Assembly (NCBI GenBank): GCA_963924565.1
Contig: OZ004608.1
Span: 28,396,001-28,460,000 of the forward strand
DNA from: Ascidiella aspersa
Taxonomy: Eukaryota
Length of the DNA: 64,000 bases
Direction: 5' to 3'
Both the position numbers and the translations under genes were made by a program. Shown in pieces: positions 15,166-29,800 of the stretch. The number at the start of each line of letters is the position of its first letter. Position 1 is the stretch's first letter. The notes beneath the pieces were generated by a model that saw only the letters and a list, made by a program, of their open reading frames with translations, made no database searches and had not been told where the DNA came from.

Positions 15166-15731
15166 GTCTAGGCTAGTCATAATCATAACTCATGACCAAG
15201 GCTGTGAGCAAAATATTTTAGGGACTACCCCATCAAAATATTTGCATTTGTTAAAAACTATGACCAAGTGCCATAGGGTGTCATATTAAATTTGCTACTT
15301 GAACGTCCTGATTTTCCGCGGGTTGCCTAACTTTATTCTATTACTTTGCAACCATTAAATATAAAATCTCGATATTTTTAATATGAATATTTTTAGTCTG
15401 CTTCTCTTTCCCTCTTTTGACAAAAACAATGTATTCACTTTGCTCATTTCCCTTAACTTTTTAGAGTGGGCTTAAAAGTCCTATTATAAAGTGTGATTGC
15501 CAGTATAAATGCAGAGCGTTGACAGCGTGCTATCGTAAAACTACTGTACTGCTCAAAAACGTGAAAAGCATTCCTACATATTTTATCCAACGTCGTAACT
15601 TGGTCATACTGTGTAGTATTTTGTTACGGATTGCGTCACCAAGTTATAAAACACTTACCGCGATTTGTTTACTATCGTGAAGTATAACGTTCGGTTGTAT
15701 TTTTATCTTAACCTTAGTGTGTGGTAAAAGA

Positions 15732-18700
15732 ATGGCGGAGCAACCAGAAAAGAAGAAACTAGAGAGCTACAGGTTCTGGGACAAGGTTTTAGGAAAACCT
15801 AAACTGATTGTTGCACCGATGGTCGATGCAAGTGAACTTGCTTGGCGAATGCTGTCACGAAAATACGGCGCCGAACTTTGCTACACCCCAATGTTGCACT
15901 CTGCTGTGTTTTGTAAAGATCCACAATACAGGTGACACATCCGACGTGTAAGATAATGTTAGTTTCGTTTGTAAACATGATATTTTGGTTTAATTAAGTA
16001 ATTTTTATCATACTTTGAGATACCAGTCTGAAAAATATGCTATACCTCAACGAGAAAACTCGGTTTATTAAAATTTGGGTGACTGAGTGCAACAAGGGTG
16101 AAAAATGAATTTACTTGTGTAATATATGAAAAGTCTTGATTACTGTTGAAAATATGAAGAGTGTACCCATAATTTTTTTTCAACAAAGCCAACCCGCACC
16201 CCAAAAAATCAAATATGTATCCGATTTTCTATGTGTTACGATATAGAAATATTACTTTGACTTTTGGTGCACCCGTCACATTGATTTTTTTGACTGTGCA
16301 CCCGCAAGATCTCATAAAGATGTGCAATACCTTCCAGCTGGAGTATGCACAACTGATAATTTTGGACCGATGCAAACTGTAGTGCCACATTGAAGCATTA
16401 AAAAGTTATATATTTAATTTTGCTAATTTCAGCTGTATAAACAACTTCTGTAGCTTAGAGTAGTTTTATCATTATTACATCAACTTTAAAAACCTTAATA
16501 TTGACACAATATTTTGGTTTATTAGAAAGGATGGCTTGGCCTCTTGTGATGCAGATCGCCCACTGATTGTCCAGTTTTGTGGCAACAACCCGGAGTACAT
16601 TCTTAAAGCTTCACTTTTGGCTCAAGACTTTTGTGATGCAGTCGATCTGAACCTCGGCTGCCCTCAGGTTTATTAAGATTAATTAATACTGAATATTTAG
16701 AAAAATTAATAATGTTTACTGCATAATAATTTACTGATTGATGTTTCATTACATATAAAAAAAAATCTAGCGTTGGTTTAGAATCCTACCTTTATTTTAG
16801 GTACAGAGTAACCAGTAGCCAAAACTGAAAACTGGGAGTATAAATATAATATTACTTGACCCACCTGAACCCTAATGCTAACCGACAACCTAGCCCAAAT
16901 AATATCCGTTGATTTGTTTATTATGTAAATGTATGGTAGGATTGTAGACCAGCGCCAAAAATCTTTATAATTTGTTCCCTATGTTAAACCATAAAATTGT
17001 TTCAGGCAATTGCCAAGAAGGGAAACTATGGAGCATACCTGGGAGAAAACTGGGAGCTTGTGAAAAAGATTGTAAAGGCTTGTCATGAACACTTATCTAT
17101 CCCAATTACATGTAAAATTCGTGTCTTTAATGACATCGAGAAAACTGTGACTTATGCGAAAATGCTGGAAAGGTTAGTTTAAACTTCAAGTAACTTTGAT
17201 ATGGAGTTATTAAAAATGAGGCTGCAAAAAAACACACTACTTCTAAAACTGTTGCAGTTTGCGTTTGGGGGTTAATTACAAGTTACATCTGTACCAAATG
17301 TTTCTATTAGTATTAAAATGTTGCTTTATTGCTGCCAATTTTAATATACAACTTATTTCTGTGGCATTTTTAAATTCATTCAAACGATCACTGTTCCATT
17401 CAGCGCTGGCTGCCAGCTACTCACAGTCCATGGACGCACAAAGGAAATGAAAGGACCCAAGACTGGAATTGCAAGTTGGAAGCATATTAAAGCTGTAAAA
17501 GAGGCTGTCAGTATTCCTGTGTTTGCAAACGGAAACATACAATACAAAGAAGATGTAGAAAGGTATTTTACCGTTTTACTTTTATAGTAATGCCACAGCA
17601 ATGTATACATCTACCTTAAATTTTCTATTGTTTTCACAAAAGTGTTAAAAAAATCATTTTATTGTTTGCTGTCATGTTTAATATAAAAATTTTTTGGCTA
17701 CCAAGATTGTTCGTTTATTTCTCATCAGGCAGTTTATTTTACATTTTGCTGGTTTATCAACATTACATGTATAAGATAATAACTCATTTTTATTTTAAAA
17801 AAGTGTGAAAACTTTATCTTTTTTTAAAAAGAAATATTTGTGTTGCTTTTAAGTGTTGCATGTTGTTTATTTGTTGTAGCCGCGACACACGGTTTGCATC
17901 TTGTTGTGCCTGTGTTGCATGTAAGGTCACTCAATTAAACTCGCGCTGCTGAGAATTTGTTATTCATGTTTGCCTACAAGAGCGTCAAATCTTTATAACT
18001 TGACAATTAATATAAATCATTTCAGGAAAACTTCTTTTTTTTACTTCTCGTTTTGTTTTATTGCTTGCCTTGTTTTAATTTTAAATTTCGCTGGTTAATC
18101 GACATTACGTGTACAAGATGATGAATAAGTTTTTTCAAAGAACATAAACACTTAATTTTTTTTAAAGAATCAATTTTTGTTTGAAGAGCATTAACGCTAA
18201 TACGTAGACAATTGTTGGTATTCATTTCAGGAAAACTGCATTTTTTGCTTGCTCCCACTCATTTTTCTTTCATTTTGCGTTGCAGGTGTCTAAGCGAAAC
18301 CGGTGTGGACGGAGTAATGACCGCCGAGGGCAATCTCTACAACCCGGCAATCTTCACAGGTGCCAGGCCCGTGTCCTGGGAGATTTCGCGCGAGTACCTG
18401 GACCTGGCCGAAGCCCACCCCTGTCCGGCCTCCTACGCACGCGGCCACGTGTTCAAGATGTGTCACCACGCCCTCCAGCGGCACACCGAGGCCCGCGACG
18501 CGATGGCGACGTCCAAGACGCTGGGCGACATGCGACGCGCCATGGATCTCCTACGCGACGTTTGTGTCACGACATGTCAGGGCCGCGATCAGGACGAGAA
18601 TCTGCCGTTTCCTCACTGGTTTTGCCAGCCTTATGTCCGCCCGGCTCCTAAACCCGATCCGCCACGTAACAAAACCGCGCCGGCCGAGGTGCAACCTGGC

Positions 18701-19003
18701 GAGGCGGTTTCCAAACGGCGTCTTAAGAAACTAGTCAAGCGCTGTCGCGACGTGTGCGACATGAGCGAACTGAACTCCTTGGAGCCAAACGAAAAAGCCA
18801 CCAGGCTGGCGGAGGCCTTGGCCAAGAAACAGGCCAACCGGCCCGTGTACGAAAAGTGCGTGGCGTGCGGCAATCCGAGCGGCACGCGCTGCGTTTTTCT
18901 CTCGTGCCGACGCTGCTGTAAGGCAAGGGCGCTTGAACTGCGGCGCTTCTGCCAGGCGCACAGACACTTTACACCGAAGGAGGCCGTCGCCAACAAGGGT
19001 TGA
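15732..19003 (+). CDS. DUS1L: tRNA-dihydrouridine synthase 1-like (~461 aa)
   Basis: Exons 15732-15931, 16526-16667, 17006-17172, 17404-17562, 18286-19003 (1386 nt, in frame). Motifs [29 protein letters not shown] (catalytic Cys), [30 protein letters not shown], and C-terminal Cys-rich CVACGN...CRRCCK...CQAH. AATAAA at 19207. Confidence 0.95.
16769..16955. mobile_element. Small foldback/MITE in DUS1L intron 2
   Basis: Imperfect terminal inverted repeat AGCGTTGGTTTAGAATCCTACC / GGTAGGATTGTAGACCAGCGC; the internal TTGACCCACC...CCCAAATAAT segment resembles the interior of the 37136-37620 element. Confidence 0.5.
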
Positions 19004-20826
19004 TGGTGTATGAACGCGGGGGAATAAGGTTTTCTCGCTCGCAATAGCTAGGTGAAGTCGCGCGAGCGGGCCAACTCTGTTTGGCGGTATTTATCTTTTT
19101 ATACAAAAGATCGCATACGCTCTTTTGATAGATTGGATTTTAAATTGTGGCCTACTATTTATCTTTTATCGCGATCGTAATGTTGTGCAAATACGTAGAT
19201 GTGGAGAATAAATGTTTCAGCGTTTAATGGGTGAATGTTAACTCCTTATGTCGAACTAACTTTTTTAAATATTTTTGCCAACATGCAACAAGGTACTTGC
19301 GAAGAAATGCCCACCATTTATTTTAGCTTTATTTTGACAATATATACAACATTTTTTAATGTATTACCGTTAAAGCAAGGTAATTTATATTATTTTTTAT
19401 TAAGAGCCTCGTACTTGCGAATTTATTAACAAGTACAGTTTATAAAAAGGGCAATTACGTTTCCTAAAAAATCCCTACTGCCCGACCTAGCTATTTGAGT
19501 GCATATATTGTAGTTTAGGTCAGTTCGACATTTCAAAAACCACTATTTTTGTAAAATATAAACTCATTGATTTACTAATGTGAACCCCAAGAAACATTTT
19601 CTGCTTATACCATGCTTTTTTTTCCAGAGACTGTTGTCCAAAAAAAAACTTTAACTTCTAATTTAAAAAAAAAGCGCTTTGCATTTACTTCAACCCCGGA
19701 AACGCTATAAGCTTTGTTAAGAAATGAACATCGCAGTTACTAATTAACGGAATCGACCTAACGGTAGATATTTTAAAATACAAAATGGGAATGTGTTATG
19801 TGGTTTATAGTTTAGTTCTAATCTAACTTCCGAAGTTTCTGAAATTGTTACTTCGTTACAAAACGCTTTTAATCTCTTGTTCCGGTACGATTTTATGCCA
19901 TGTAGGCCCAATACTGAACGCCAAACGTGTCAGTTTGGGTGAACAGTTTTTTTTTCATTCACATGCGTTAGAATAAAATTTAAAAAAAAGAATGTAAATT
20001 GAACTTGTTTTAAAATAAAATATTATTTTGTTAAGATCTTAGTTTAATTTCAGTTTTCGCAGGTCCCTTATTTTTTTACTCGTAGTTAATTTGAAAGGTA
20101 AAATAAAATCTTGTTTTTTGTTTGCCTAACAACTTAAAGTATATCTCTCAGCAGTTGTTTACGCTACAACACTACTGACGAGTGACGTGATATATATTTT
20201 ACAGAGAGAGATATTTCGGCTGTAATTACCGGAAGTCACGCCACTATCCTATTTTGAACTATAGTTGTTAAACTTCACCTTATTACTTCTGCTTTATTGC
20301 TAATTCTAAAACTGCTGAAGTGATTCGATTAAAATTATATATATATATATAATTATTTGATTATAATTATATCATGTGAGTGTAGGTTATTTCCTATTTT
20401 TACCTAGTGAGAAATCTTAATAGACACGTACGTTGAAAAGTAAATTAACTGCTACTAATACACGTCCCATAAACATGATTAGTCCAGTTATCAAATCAGA
20501 ATAAGAATGACACAAGTCTTTTCTTATTCCTGCTAATATACAAAACAATCGACTAAATGCGTTGTGTTAAAATGAGTTAATGAGCGGGTTACACACCGTG
20601 TCCGATTTTTTAGATAAATTTGGACCCACAACAAATTCTATCTATTTATATTGACAGCATTTGAGAGTATTATATAAATGTAACAAAGGGTGATAGGGTT
20701 ATATATCATTTGTTAGTTAGTTAAAGCATATCGCAAAGCGAGCTAGTGTTCGATTAGGTAATGAAGTCTGATTGTAACTCTGAAAACGACATTACTTTAA
20801 TCACAGCTTTCACATGTGAATTGGAA

Positions 20827-23800
20827 ATGTTGAAAGACAATAAATATGCTTCTGTGTGCTGCTTGTTGGCCTTCGTTCTGTGCGTTGATACTTCGTCGTG
20901 GCACAAATATAACGGATACGAATACTACGTTGGAACATCGAACGGAAATTACACGTTTGCCGAAAAATCATGTAGCGACCTTGGAGCACAACTTGCAACC
21001 ATCAAAACGAAAGATGTCCAGGATTTCTTGGTAAACATCATAGGGACCTTGACAGGTAAGTTGCTATAAAAATATAATTGGTCGATACAGTAAAATAATA
21101 AATATTTAAGTTGCTTGCATTAGATGAAGGCAATAACTAGACATTAATATGCATGAAAACAATTTTATAGCAATATTTAAAAAGCTTACGTTTAGCGCCC
21201 TACAAAAATCAGTTATTTTATTGGGCTACCTGCGATTACCCGTCCTGGAATCTCAACTGTACGAAACTTATAATCTAAGAGACATTATAGGCACCTAAAA
21301 GAGATTCGCACATTGCTCGAAGAAAACGGCATTTAGAATCTAATTATACTTTTAAAGTTTATGAGGAATGCATAACATGCAGGGAGTGAAAGTTAAAAAA
21401 TGTCTTTCTGAAACGACGATTTTTTTTACCGGATGGCATAAAATGTACATAGGAGATGTCACAAAGTTACGTCATTACTGGACGTCTAGACTCTAGAGTA
21501 AGTCTAGGTTATCTTTTGATGTAGTGCACTCATATTCAACTAAAATATAAATCTTACATACATTCGAGAAAATGGCGCGATGGCTTGTAAAATACGGCGA
21601 GTAAAACCCGAGTCTCTAGTCCGACGTGCGCATGCGCAGTTCCAAATTTACAAACTGATATTGCCGCCAATTATAAACCGTAAAAGTGTATTAAAAAAAA
21701 ATGGTGGAACATTTTCCAACCGTGTATTGTGAGTAAATAAATTACTATATTACACCATAAGGGAATTTCTGAAAATCTACCTTAATTGAGTTGCGTAGGC
21801 CATGTGGTAAAATACATGCTGTAGAGTGGGAGCGTGATTTGGGCTCGACGAAATTGCACATTTAGCCGGAGTCGCACTCGGTACGTGGGAGTCGGACTCA
21901 GGTTTAATTTTATGGCCGGAGTCGGACTAGGGAGTTGGACTCGGGAATTGGACTCGGGATAATTTTAACGGACTCCGCAACCCTGCTAACAGCAGATCTC
22001 TAAAATTTATTATACCTCAATTCGTCCCTTTCCCTTGATATGCGTGCTCGTTAACGTGTTACACTTGTTAAGTTTCTTTCAATATTTAAAATGTAAAAAC
22101 ACTTTTTTAAATATACTAATAAACCAAGTCATATTATTTGCGAACTACTATCACCTAAATTTTTGTTTCAAGAATTTCCCTATTCTCTTTACATCGGACT
22201 CACTCGCCACAACAATTCGTCGCCGTTCGTTTGGTCGGATTCGACTTTATTAGATGACAGTCTGGCCCAATGGAGGCCCGGCGAACCGAACGATTCAACT
22301 GAAAATGATGAGCTGTGTGTGATCATGGGCTGGTTGTACAGTTTTGACCCGTTGTTCAAGTGGATTGACATTTCGTGTCATCAAAGATCGAGATACGTTT
22401 GCCAACGAGAAGTTTCAGGTAAGAAAATCCTTTGTTCGTCATTCGTTCTGCCGCTAGTTGCGCATTTGCACACGAGTTTGACCAGGAACAAGTTTAGTTT
22501 CTTAGGATAACTTGAGCCACGACTTAACGTTATGACGTTATTTATGACGCCATCTTTAAACTGTCCATGACCCACCCATAAACAGAAATCATATAGACGC
22601 CACTCTGAGTGATGATTTTTCAAATTTGTATTTTTTCTTATAGTATATCGGGATTGTTTGGGACAAGCATTTCTATATTTGGAGTTCGAATATTTAGTTT
22701 ATTTGTCTCACTGTTTCACAGTTACAACTGCTCTGTCATCGGAAACTAAAGCAATCACAACACAAACATCGAACACAAAAACATTTGAAGGTAGATCAAT
22801 GCAATCAAATGATTAACTTTAATTGTTACTGAATGCAGAACTTAGACATAACACTAGGTTTTTCGAACCATTGACATTTTATCAATAAACTAAATTAAGT
22901 TGTGTCGCAAAACATTTAAAACCTTATGTCATGTTATATATCACATTTTTTCTTATAGTATATCGGGATTGTTTTGGACAAGTATTTCTATACTTGGAGT
23001 TCGAATATTTAGCTTATTTGTCTCACTGTTTCACAGTTACAACTGCTCTGTCATCGGAAACTAAAGCAATCACAACACAAACATCGAACACAAAAACATT
23101 TGAAGGTAGATCCATGCAATCAAATGATTAATTTCAATTGTTACTGAATGCAGAACTTAGACATAACACTAGGTTCTTCGAACCATTGACATTTTATCAA
23201 TAAACTAAATTAAGTTGTGTCGCAAAACATTTAAAACCTTATGTCATGTTATATATCACATTAACAACTATTTAAAAATACTGAATCGTTCAGTATACAG
23301 TAGCATAACAAAAGTAAATCGAAAAACCTCTACAGCTCTACCAACAACATCAACCGAAACGGCGACTGCACTGACAGAAGGGGAGCCTTCAGTTGACGTT
23401 CGCGTGGGCAGCACAGCGGAGCCTACGGGTAAAGCTTCACTGGGCATCATGTCCAGAATGTTTGGTGAATTAGAAAGTGAGAAATTATCGACCTTTTTCA
23501 TGTTTGTTTGTTATGCTTTAGTAAAATTAAAAAATGTCACAGAACTTGTCCAACAGGGCTTCTCGAGTTAATTTCTTTCTTAAACAACGTTGCCTAAACT
23601 AAAATCAAAAAATCAAAACAACATTTGACTGATATTTATTTAATTGAACAGCATTAGTAACTGTTATATGCCTTCTTTAAAGGTGATCATGAACCCTGTG
23701 TTGATAGTAGTATCGTTCAATTAGACCGGACTAATTAAAAAAAATAAAGTGTCTTTACATCACCCCGTATAGCTAAACATTTTATATGCAAAACAAAATA

Positions 23801-26800
23801 AAGAAAACGATTTTTAAGACGCCACCACAACACCCACTGCAAACGCCACTTCAGCGAATCCCGTTTCGGGACTTTTAACAACGATCGGATCAGCGGCTGG
23901 AGGAGGGGTGATAGGAGGGGTTCTCGTTGTTGGAGCTGCTACGTTGGCGAAAAAAATTAAAGGCGGCGGAACTGGGTAGGTTTGCTTAACAACTTTAACG
24001 TTAGTAATTTTTTGTTTACGTAACATTATAACTTACTGTAGTCCCGGGAACGGTCGACGTTCTTAGATAATTTTAATGCATCCAACTATGCTTACCAACT
24101 TAATGACAGGGGCGGATCCAGGATTTGTTTTTTTGCTGGGCATCAATATTTTCGAAAATGCATCAAAACGTGACATCATAGCAAAAGCAACTGAATATTC
24201 TGCGCGGTATCTTTTAAACAAATTTGCCAACGTGCAGCGGAAATAAATTATATTGGAAAAACACGAAAATGACGAAGAGTTTGTGCATAGCGCTATAAAA
24301 CATTTTAATTTGTGGGAAACGTGCCGCATTGGGACACAAAAAGATCTCATTGTTCGATAAAAAAGTGTTTTTGGGTTGTTTCCATTGATCCAAGATCTAT
24401 ACGGTTGTCTACTAATCGCTTGAAAAATTTCCATAAAATGCATTCCATTTTCTTGGATTTCAAGTTAGAAAGGGGTCATTTACGATACTGGCCAAATAAC
24501 AGATACGTTATCGACCCTCGAAAGTTCAATAATGGGGATTTTAGTAATGTGACATTGGTTGCCAGGCGCCTTTAGCTATAAAGATTCGTTTAAAACGAGC
24601 GAAAACCCACCAGAAATAAATAACCTCTTGAACCCCCTGTATAACGGCTATTAAACAAAAGCTTAAAAGTAAAATAGATAAGAGATGATCCATGCAACTA
24701 TCGCTAGTTTTAATCGCAAGTTTCATGTATCGTCAACGGTTTTAGCTTATTTTATTTTCGTATTTGTACAGTCAATTGTTGATATTCAATCCATTCATAT
24801 TTTAAAGGGTGGAAAAAGTCAATGTGATTCAAAAACAGACCAAGACCCACACAAAAGGTAAGTCTAACTTAAAACCTACCAATATATATTGTCAATTAAA
24901 GTAAAGTACTGAACGACTATTTAAAATTCATAATATGATTCACACTAAGTTAACCGATAAGTATAGAAAATACATCAATATCTTATTTTTGCTGAAAACT
25001 TTATTTTTTTAGCATCCTAGTTTTAACTTTTTTATTTTGAGAAGTTTATAGAACAAATGGACCATGTGATTCTGATTTTGATCAATTCTAACAGGCGTAA
25101 CTTTAAAAGTACAAAGTTCATTTGTAAAATGTACAGTCAAGTAATATATATAGTTTTTTTTGTTTTAATTTAGATTTGATTAACGAACCGCAAAACGTTG
25201 TCGGAAAGCAGCGCAACGCACAGAAGAAACGACGAAGCCATAACACGAACGCAGTTGTACCGGTCACAAGGAAAAGTAAAACAGCAAAAAAAGGCCGACA
25301 CCAAAAGAAACAGATTCCAGCGAAATCGCAAACTGATAAAATGGTTATCGAAGTGAGCGACGACGAAGAGTTTGTTGAGGAAGAAGGAGAGGAACACGGA
25401 GAGGAAGAGGATGAAAATTTCGACGAGGATGAAATAGAAGAAGACGAGGAATATACCAATGAGGAAGAAGAACAAGATGTAGAAGAGAATAACAATGTCG
25501 AGAGTGGCGAGTATAGCGAAGAATATAACGAAGACGATGTTGATAGTGCGGGATTTTCGAATTATGAGGAAGAACAAGACAATGTGGACCCTTTTCCGCC
25601 TGTAATGACCACCAAATTTCAACAATCCAAGGCTCTTAGAAAAACGGCAAGGAAAAGGATAGCAAAGGCAACGCAAAGTAAAGGAAGTACAAATAAAAAT
25701 ACAAATAGACGAGTAAGTCCGATTCCTCGTATTCACAAAGGCAAACCTCCTAAAGTACAAAGTAATTCAAGACCGAAGGTTGTTGAGCGACAAACGAAAA
25801 AAAGCATGTGGGTTGAAAATGAAATCGAGGCAAAGAAAAGAACTGCAAATGCTCAAAGAAGAACTCCTCAGAAAAGCGAATTCCGCAACAGAAATAAACC
25901 AAGGGCAGCGACACGGGCTAAATCGGCAGGTTCACCGAAAAGGTTACACAATACTAAAATCATAAGCACTGCACAAACCACCGCAGAGCGAAAAGCTGCC
26001 AGGGAACTTCAACATAAAACAGATCTCATGTTGAACCAAGTAGAAGGTAAGCAAACGCAATGGCGAACAGTTAAATAAATTAGAAAAACTCATTTGCAGT
26101 GTGTAAAATTAAAGAAAGATACCTATGGTATAAAATAACGCCTATTGTGAGAAAATAAAATAAAGCTTAGAAGGAATGAACCAACGCAGGCCCGGCTAGA
26201 GGTGATAACCGGTGGAACAGATTCTAGTCCCCAAAATAATAAAATCAAATTTACACCGGTAACACAATACCCAGCGTTTAAATATGTGTAGGCCTACTGC
26301 GGTTTCGAGTAATATATTATATAGACCTATTCCTGTAGTAAATATATATAGGCAAATAGGCTACTCTGCGGTCATGCAATAAACACAGTAATCCACAAAC
26401 AAGGCCCTTTAAATTAACTTTGAGACTCACGTTATGCATCTTACTGCTCATTCTGAAAGCAAATGTGCATGTTTATTACATTGGCTCGAATTGAGATAAT
26501 CGTTTTTAAAGACTGATCTAGTTTTGCCATTTGGTGTGGTTTAGTTGTATAATCATGTGCAAAAAATATTTACCGGGAACTTACGCATAACTGTGCAATC
26601 TAAATTTTGACTTTTTAATTGCGTAGAAGTAACAAGAATGCAGAAACCACTTCCTGCTTTACCTGGAGAAGAAGATCAGTTCAATTCAGCAGACGACTCG
26701 TTCGACGATGATGAAAATGATGTGATGACAACAGAAGGTAGTCAAATACTTTTTAACGGTTTTCTTAAATGAAAACGTAACTAAAGCCTATAAAAGACAC

Positions 26801-29800
26801 ACATGCATATGGGTTTAATAACAATTGTGACCTAGCCCCTCGAAAGCTGCTTTTTGACCAACTATTACAGCTTCCGTATCAGTAGTAGGCCTACACCAAA
26901 AACCAATCGCAGACTCGCCGAATCTGTCGATCTATGACGCAACCAGAGCAGGCCAGCAAAACAACTAGACGGCAGTGAGGTTCAAACTCACGACTTCCGG
27001 CCATACCGGAACCGTCGCTCTACCTATTGATACAAAAGCCGTAATCGTTGGTTAAAAAGCAGCTTTCGAGGGCTAGATCAAAGTTGTTGTTAAACACTTA
27101 TGTGTGTGCGTCTTTAATGGATTGATACGGTACAGTTGATATCCCTTAGATTAAAGTTGCTTGTACTAACAGAATGTAGTAAGCATTGGCGTATTGTTGT
27201 TTCTCGACTCGCTTCTCTCTGAGCCAGTTGGTAAAGCGACGGTCCCGGTATGACTGGAGGTCGTGAGTTCAAACTTCAATGCCGTCTAGTCGTTTTTCTG
27301 GCCTACTCGGCTTTCATCATTGATCGACAGATTCGGCAAGTCTGCGATGGCTTTTCGGTGTACTAACTTAAGCCTACATATAAACAATGTGTAGCCTATT
27401 CTCTGTGATCAAGGCCTTTTGGTTGTTTTCTAGCCTGGCCTTGCTTGCACTGCAATCCTGATCAGGCTGACTGAATTAGGTAAGCCTCTCCAAGGGCATC
27501 CTGTGCTTTTAAAAAACGTTTATTGTTTTCGACGTGTCATAATTCTACTACTCAACCTTACCTTATAAATATTTTGCAGCCTCTTGCTGGAACGCTAATC
27601 ATGTTACATCGCGCCCGTCCTTTGCTCAATCGACTTCAAGCAATTTCTTAGACCACCGACCTTCAACTAGGCTAAACTTTGCCGACAGCCGAACTTTCTC
27701 CTCTAACAGCAGACCAGGTAAAACAAATGTTTAACACACAAATTAGCTTCCGCGCAATTATTTTTAAATGCTTTCAAAGGGCAGAAAGACCACAGTGTGT
27801 ACGTTCGATATAAGTGAGGAAAAATATCGTTGCCATTAGTTTTTCTCAAGCAGTCTTTTAAAGGCTTTGCTGTCCTATTATTGAATTGAAATGTTTGAGG
27901 TAATAATCAATAAATTAAACATTCTTGGTGGGTAAATTGGCAAATGAAATAGGTCGGGGGGGCGGATCCAGGGGACCACATGGCTATGCCCTTCCCAAAC
28001 AGTTTGCTTTGTTTATTTTAACTATGTAAATGCAAAAAAAAAATCGGGCTCCGTAAGAATTTCAATTATGTTTGTGCTATGCCTTTGTCTGTTTTGTTCA
28101 AATCGTTTTAGCCAAAAGGCATATGGGTCTTCTCGCACTATCGGTGAAATGTTTTAGTGACTTGAATAATTAAAAGGCGTGTTTGCTTGGCGCGAAGCAA
28201 ACATTTTTTTGTGTATATTTTCTATTACAATTAACACCTCTTCAATTTAAAACTTTAACACTACGGTTACTTCTTTTTGACGTCACGTTTAGATGTAAAT
28301 TCGTGACATCACCCCTAAACAAAAATCGTCCATACGCGCTAGCTAAACGTCACGTCTTTTTAGGGTTTTCATTTTGGTTAAATGAATGAAATAAATTTGA
28401 CTTTTAAATCTGTAACACCATCTTTATGTATTATTCGTGTAAGGTTTGGCTGGGATGCACAGGGTGTCTTCAAATTATTTGGCCCTGCCGAAAGAAGGAC
28501 GTAGGTCATATGGACAAAGCTACAACGAGAAACATTCGACAGGTGACGGTTAGTCAGCTGACATCCTGCCCTATTTATTTGCAGCACAGAGTTCACTCAA
28601 AGGCTTCCGTCATTAACACAATGTCGTGTCACTGTTATTGTGAGCTAAGGCGAATGTTAATTAGGTTATCATGCTCTTTACAGTTTTAGTCATGGTCGTA
28701 TAAATGTTTTGATTCTACGTAAATTTACCACGAATGATACAGGAGACGGGGTTTTGCTTTTAGACATCTTTGCACAACGCCGTCAGTTGTCAAAGTTGCA
28801 CTCTGGTTATGACGTTAGCTCGATGTCGTCATATCCGGCTTCGTCGGTCCACTCTTCGCTTGGGGCTGAAGGGAAGGATTACTTCATCGAATCAAACTTC
28901 GGTAAAAAAGATTCTGACTGGTGTTACGACTTTAACTAGTAATTCTAGAAAATTTCCTAGGCCTCCTGTAAAGTCGATGTGAGCTCTTATTTTCGGGCAT
29001 TAAATAACCTACCAAAGAGAGTTTATATTTAAGACCATCCACAACAAGAAAACCCAATGTACAGATGAATTGGTTGCAAGAGTAGAATATTACCACACCA
29101 CAAACAATAATGACACTTAGACACACACAATTATTTACAAACAACCGACAGACAGAGCATAATGACACTTAAAGTTTTACTCGCTAATTTCACAAGGCTA
29201 CACCCAGACGTCTCCTCTCTAGACGGTCAGCCGCTGGTAATATACGCTAAAACAAAACTCCTTCTCACGGGAAACGACGCGCTCCCGAAAACCCGAGGCC
29301 TGCCTTACAGGGCGGCCGTTTCGTGGCAAGATAACATTGGGCGGACCTTTTCGTGAGAAGTTAAACTGCGGCGGGAAACAAGCGATAATTGATCGTGAGA
29401 TTTGTAGCGTTGTTTAGAGACAGGAAATAACAGGTCCGGAGTCCAATTGAACAGGCGAACACCAGGGCGCACAAAAATATTACGTTATTATACATGTCCC
29501 GAAATGCGAAAACCTAATTCCTAGCCCTACATTTAAAAGCAAAGGCGCAAAATTAATAATGAATGTTAGAATTTACAGTCGGCGTAATTAGCAATAGCAA
29601 CCGGTGATAATTTTGTAGTGCTAATTAAGCACGTAACAACTGGTTTACCAGCTTATAACAAGCTGTAAAATAAATAAACAAGAATGTCAAATTAGTTTTA
29701 CGTGTTAGAAAATTTAAAAAAGTAGTGAAAAGCGTAAGCTTTTTTCACTTTATTTAACTTTTGCTGTTTGAAATAGTTAATTTATGCCTTTCGACCTCAT

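Noticed and set aside
18280-19044. Multiple overlapping ORFs on both strands in DUS1L exon 5
   Set aside because: Expected by-product of high GC content; only the DUS frame has family motifs.
20761-20826. Upstream in-frame ATG for the lectin gene
   Set aside because: It lies 5' of an acceptor-like AG at 20806 and would bury the signal peptide; ATG 20827 is preferred.
25118-25760. Minus-strand hydrophobic/Ser-rich ORFs
   Set aside because: Antisense shadows of the Glu/Lys-rich lectin-tail exon.
27215-27295. Possible tRNA gene
   Set aside because: A/B boxes are present, but there is no convincing acceptor stem or cloverleaf, and homology to the second copy extends well beyond tRNA length, so a SINE is more likely.
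29197-29356. Possible extra or alternative terminal exon of the lectin gene (DGQPLVIYAKTK...FS*)
   Set aside because: The acceptor at 29222 is phase-compatible, but there is no phase-1 donor and no independent support, so it is left out of the model.
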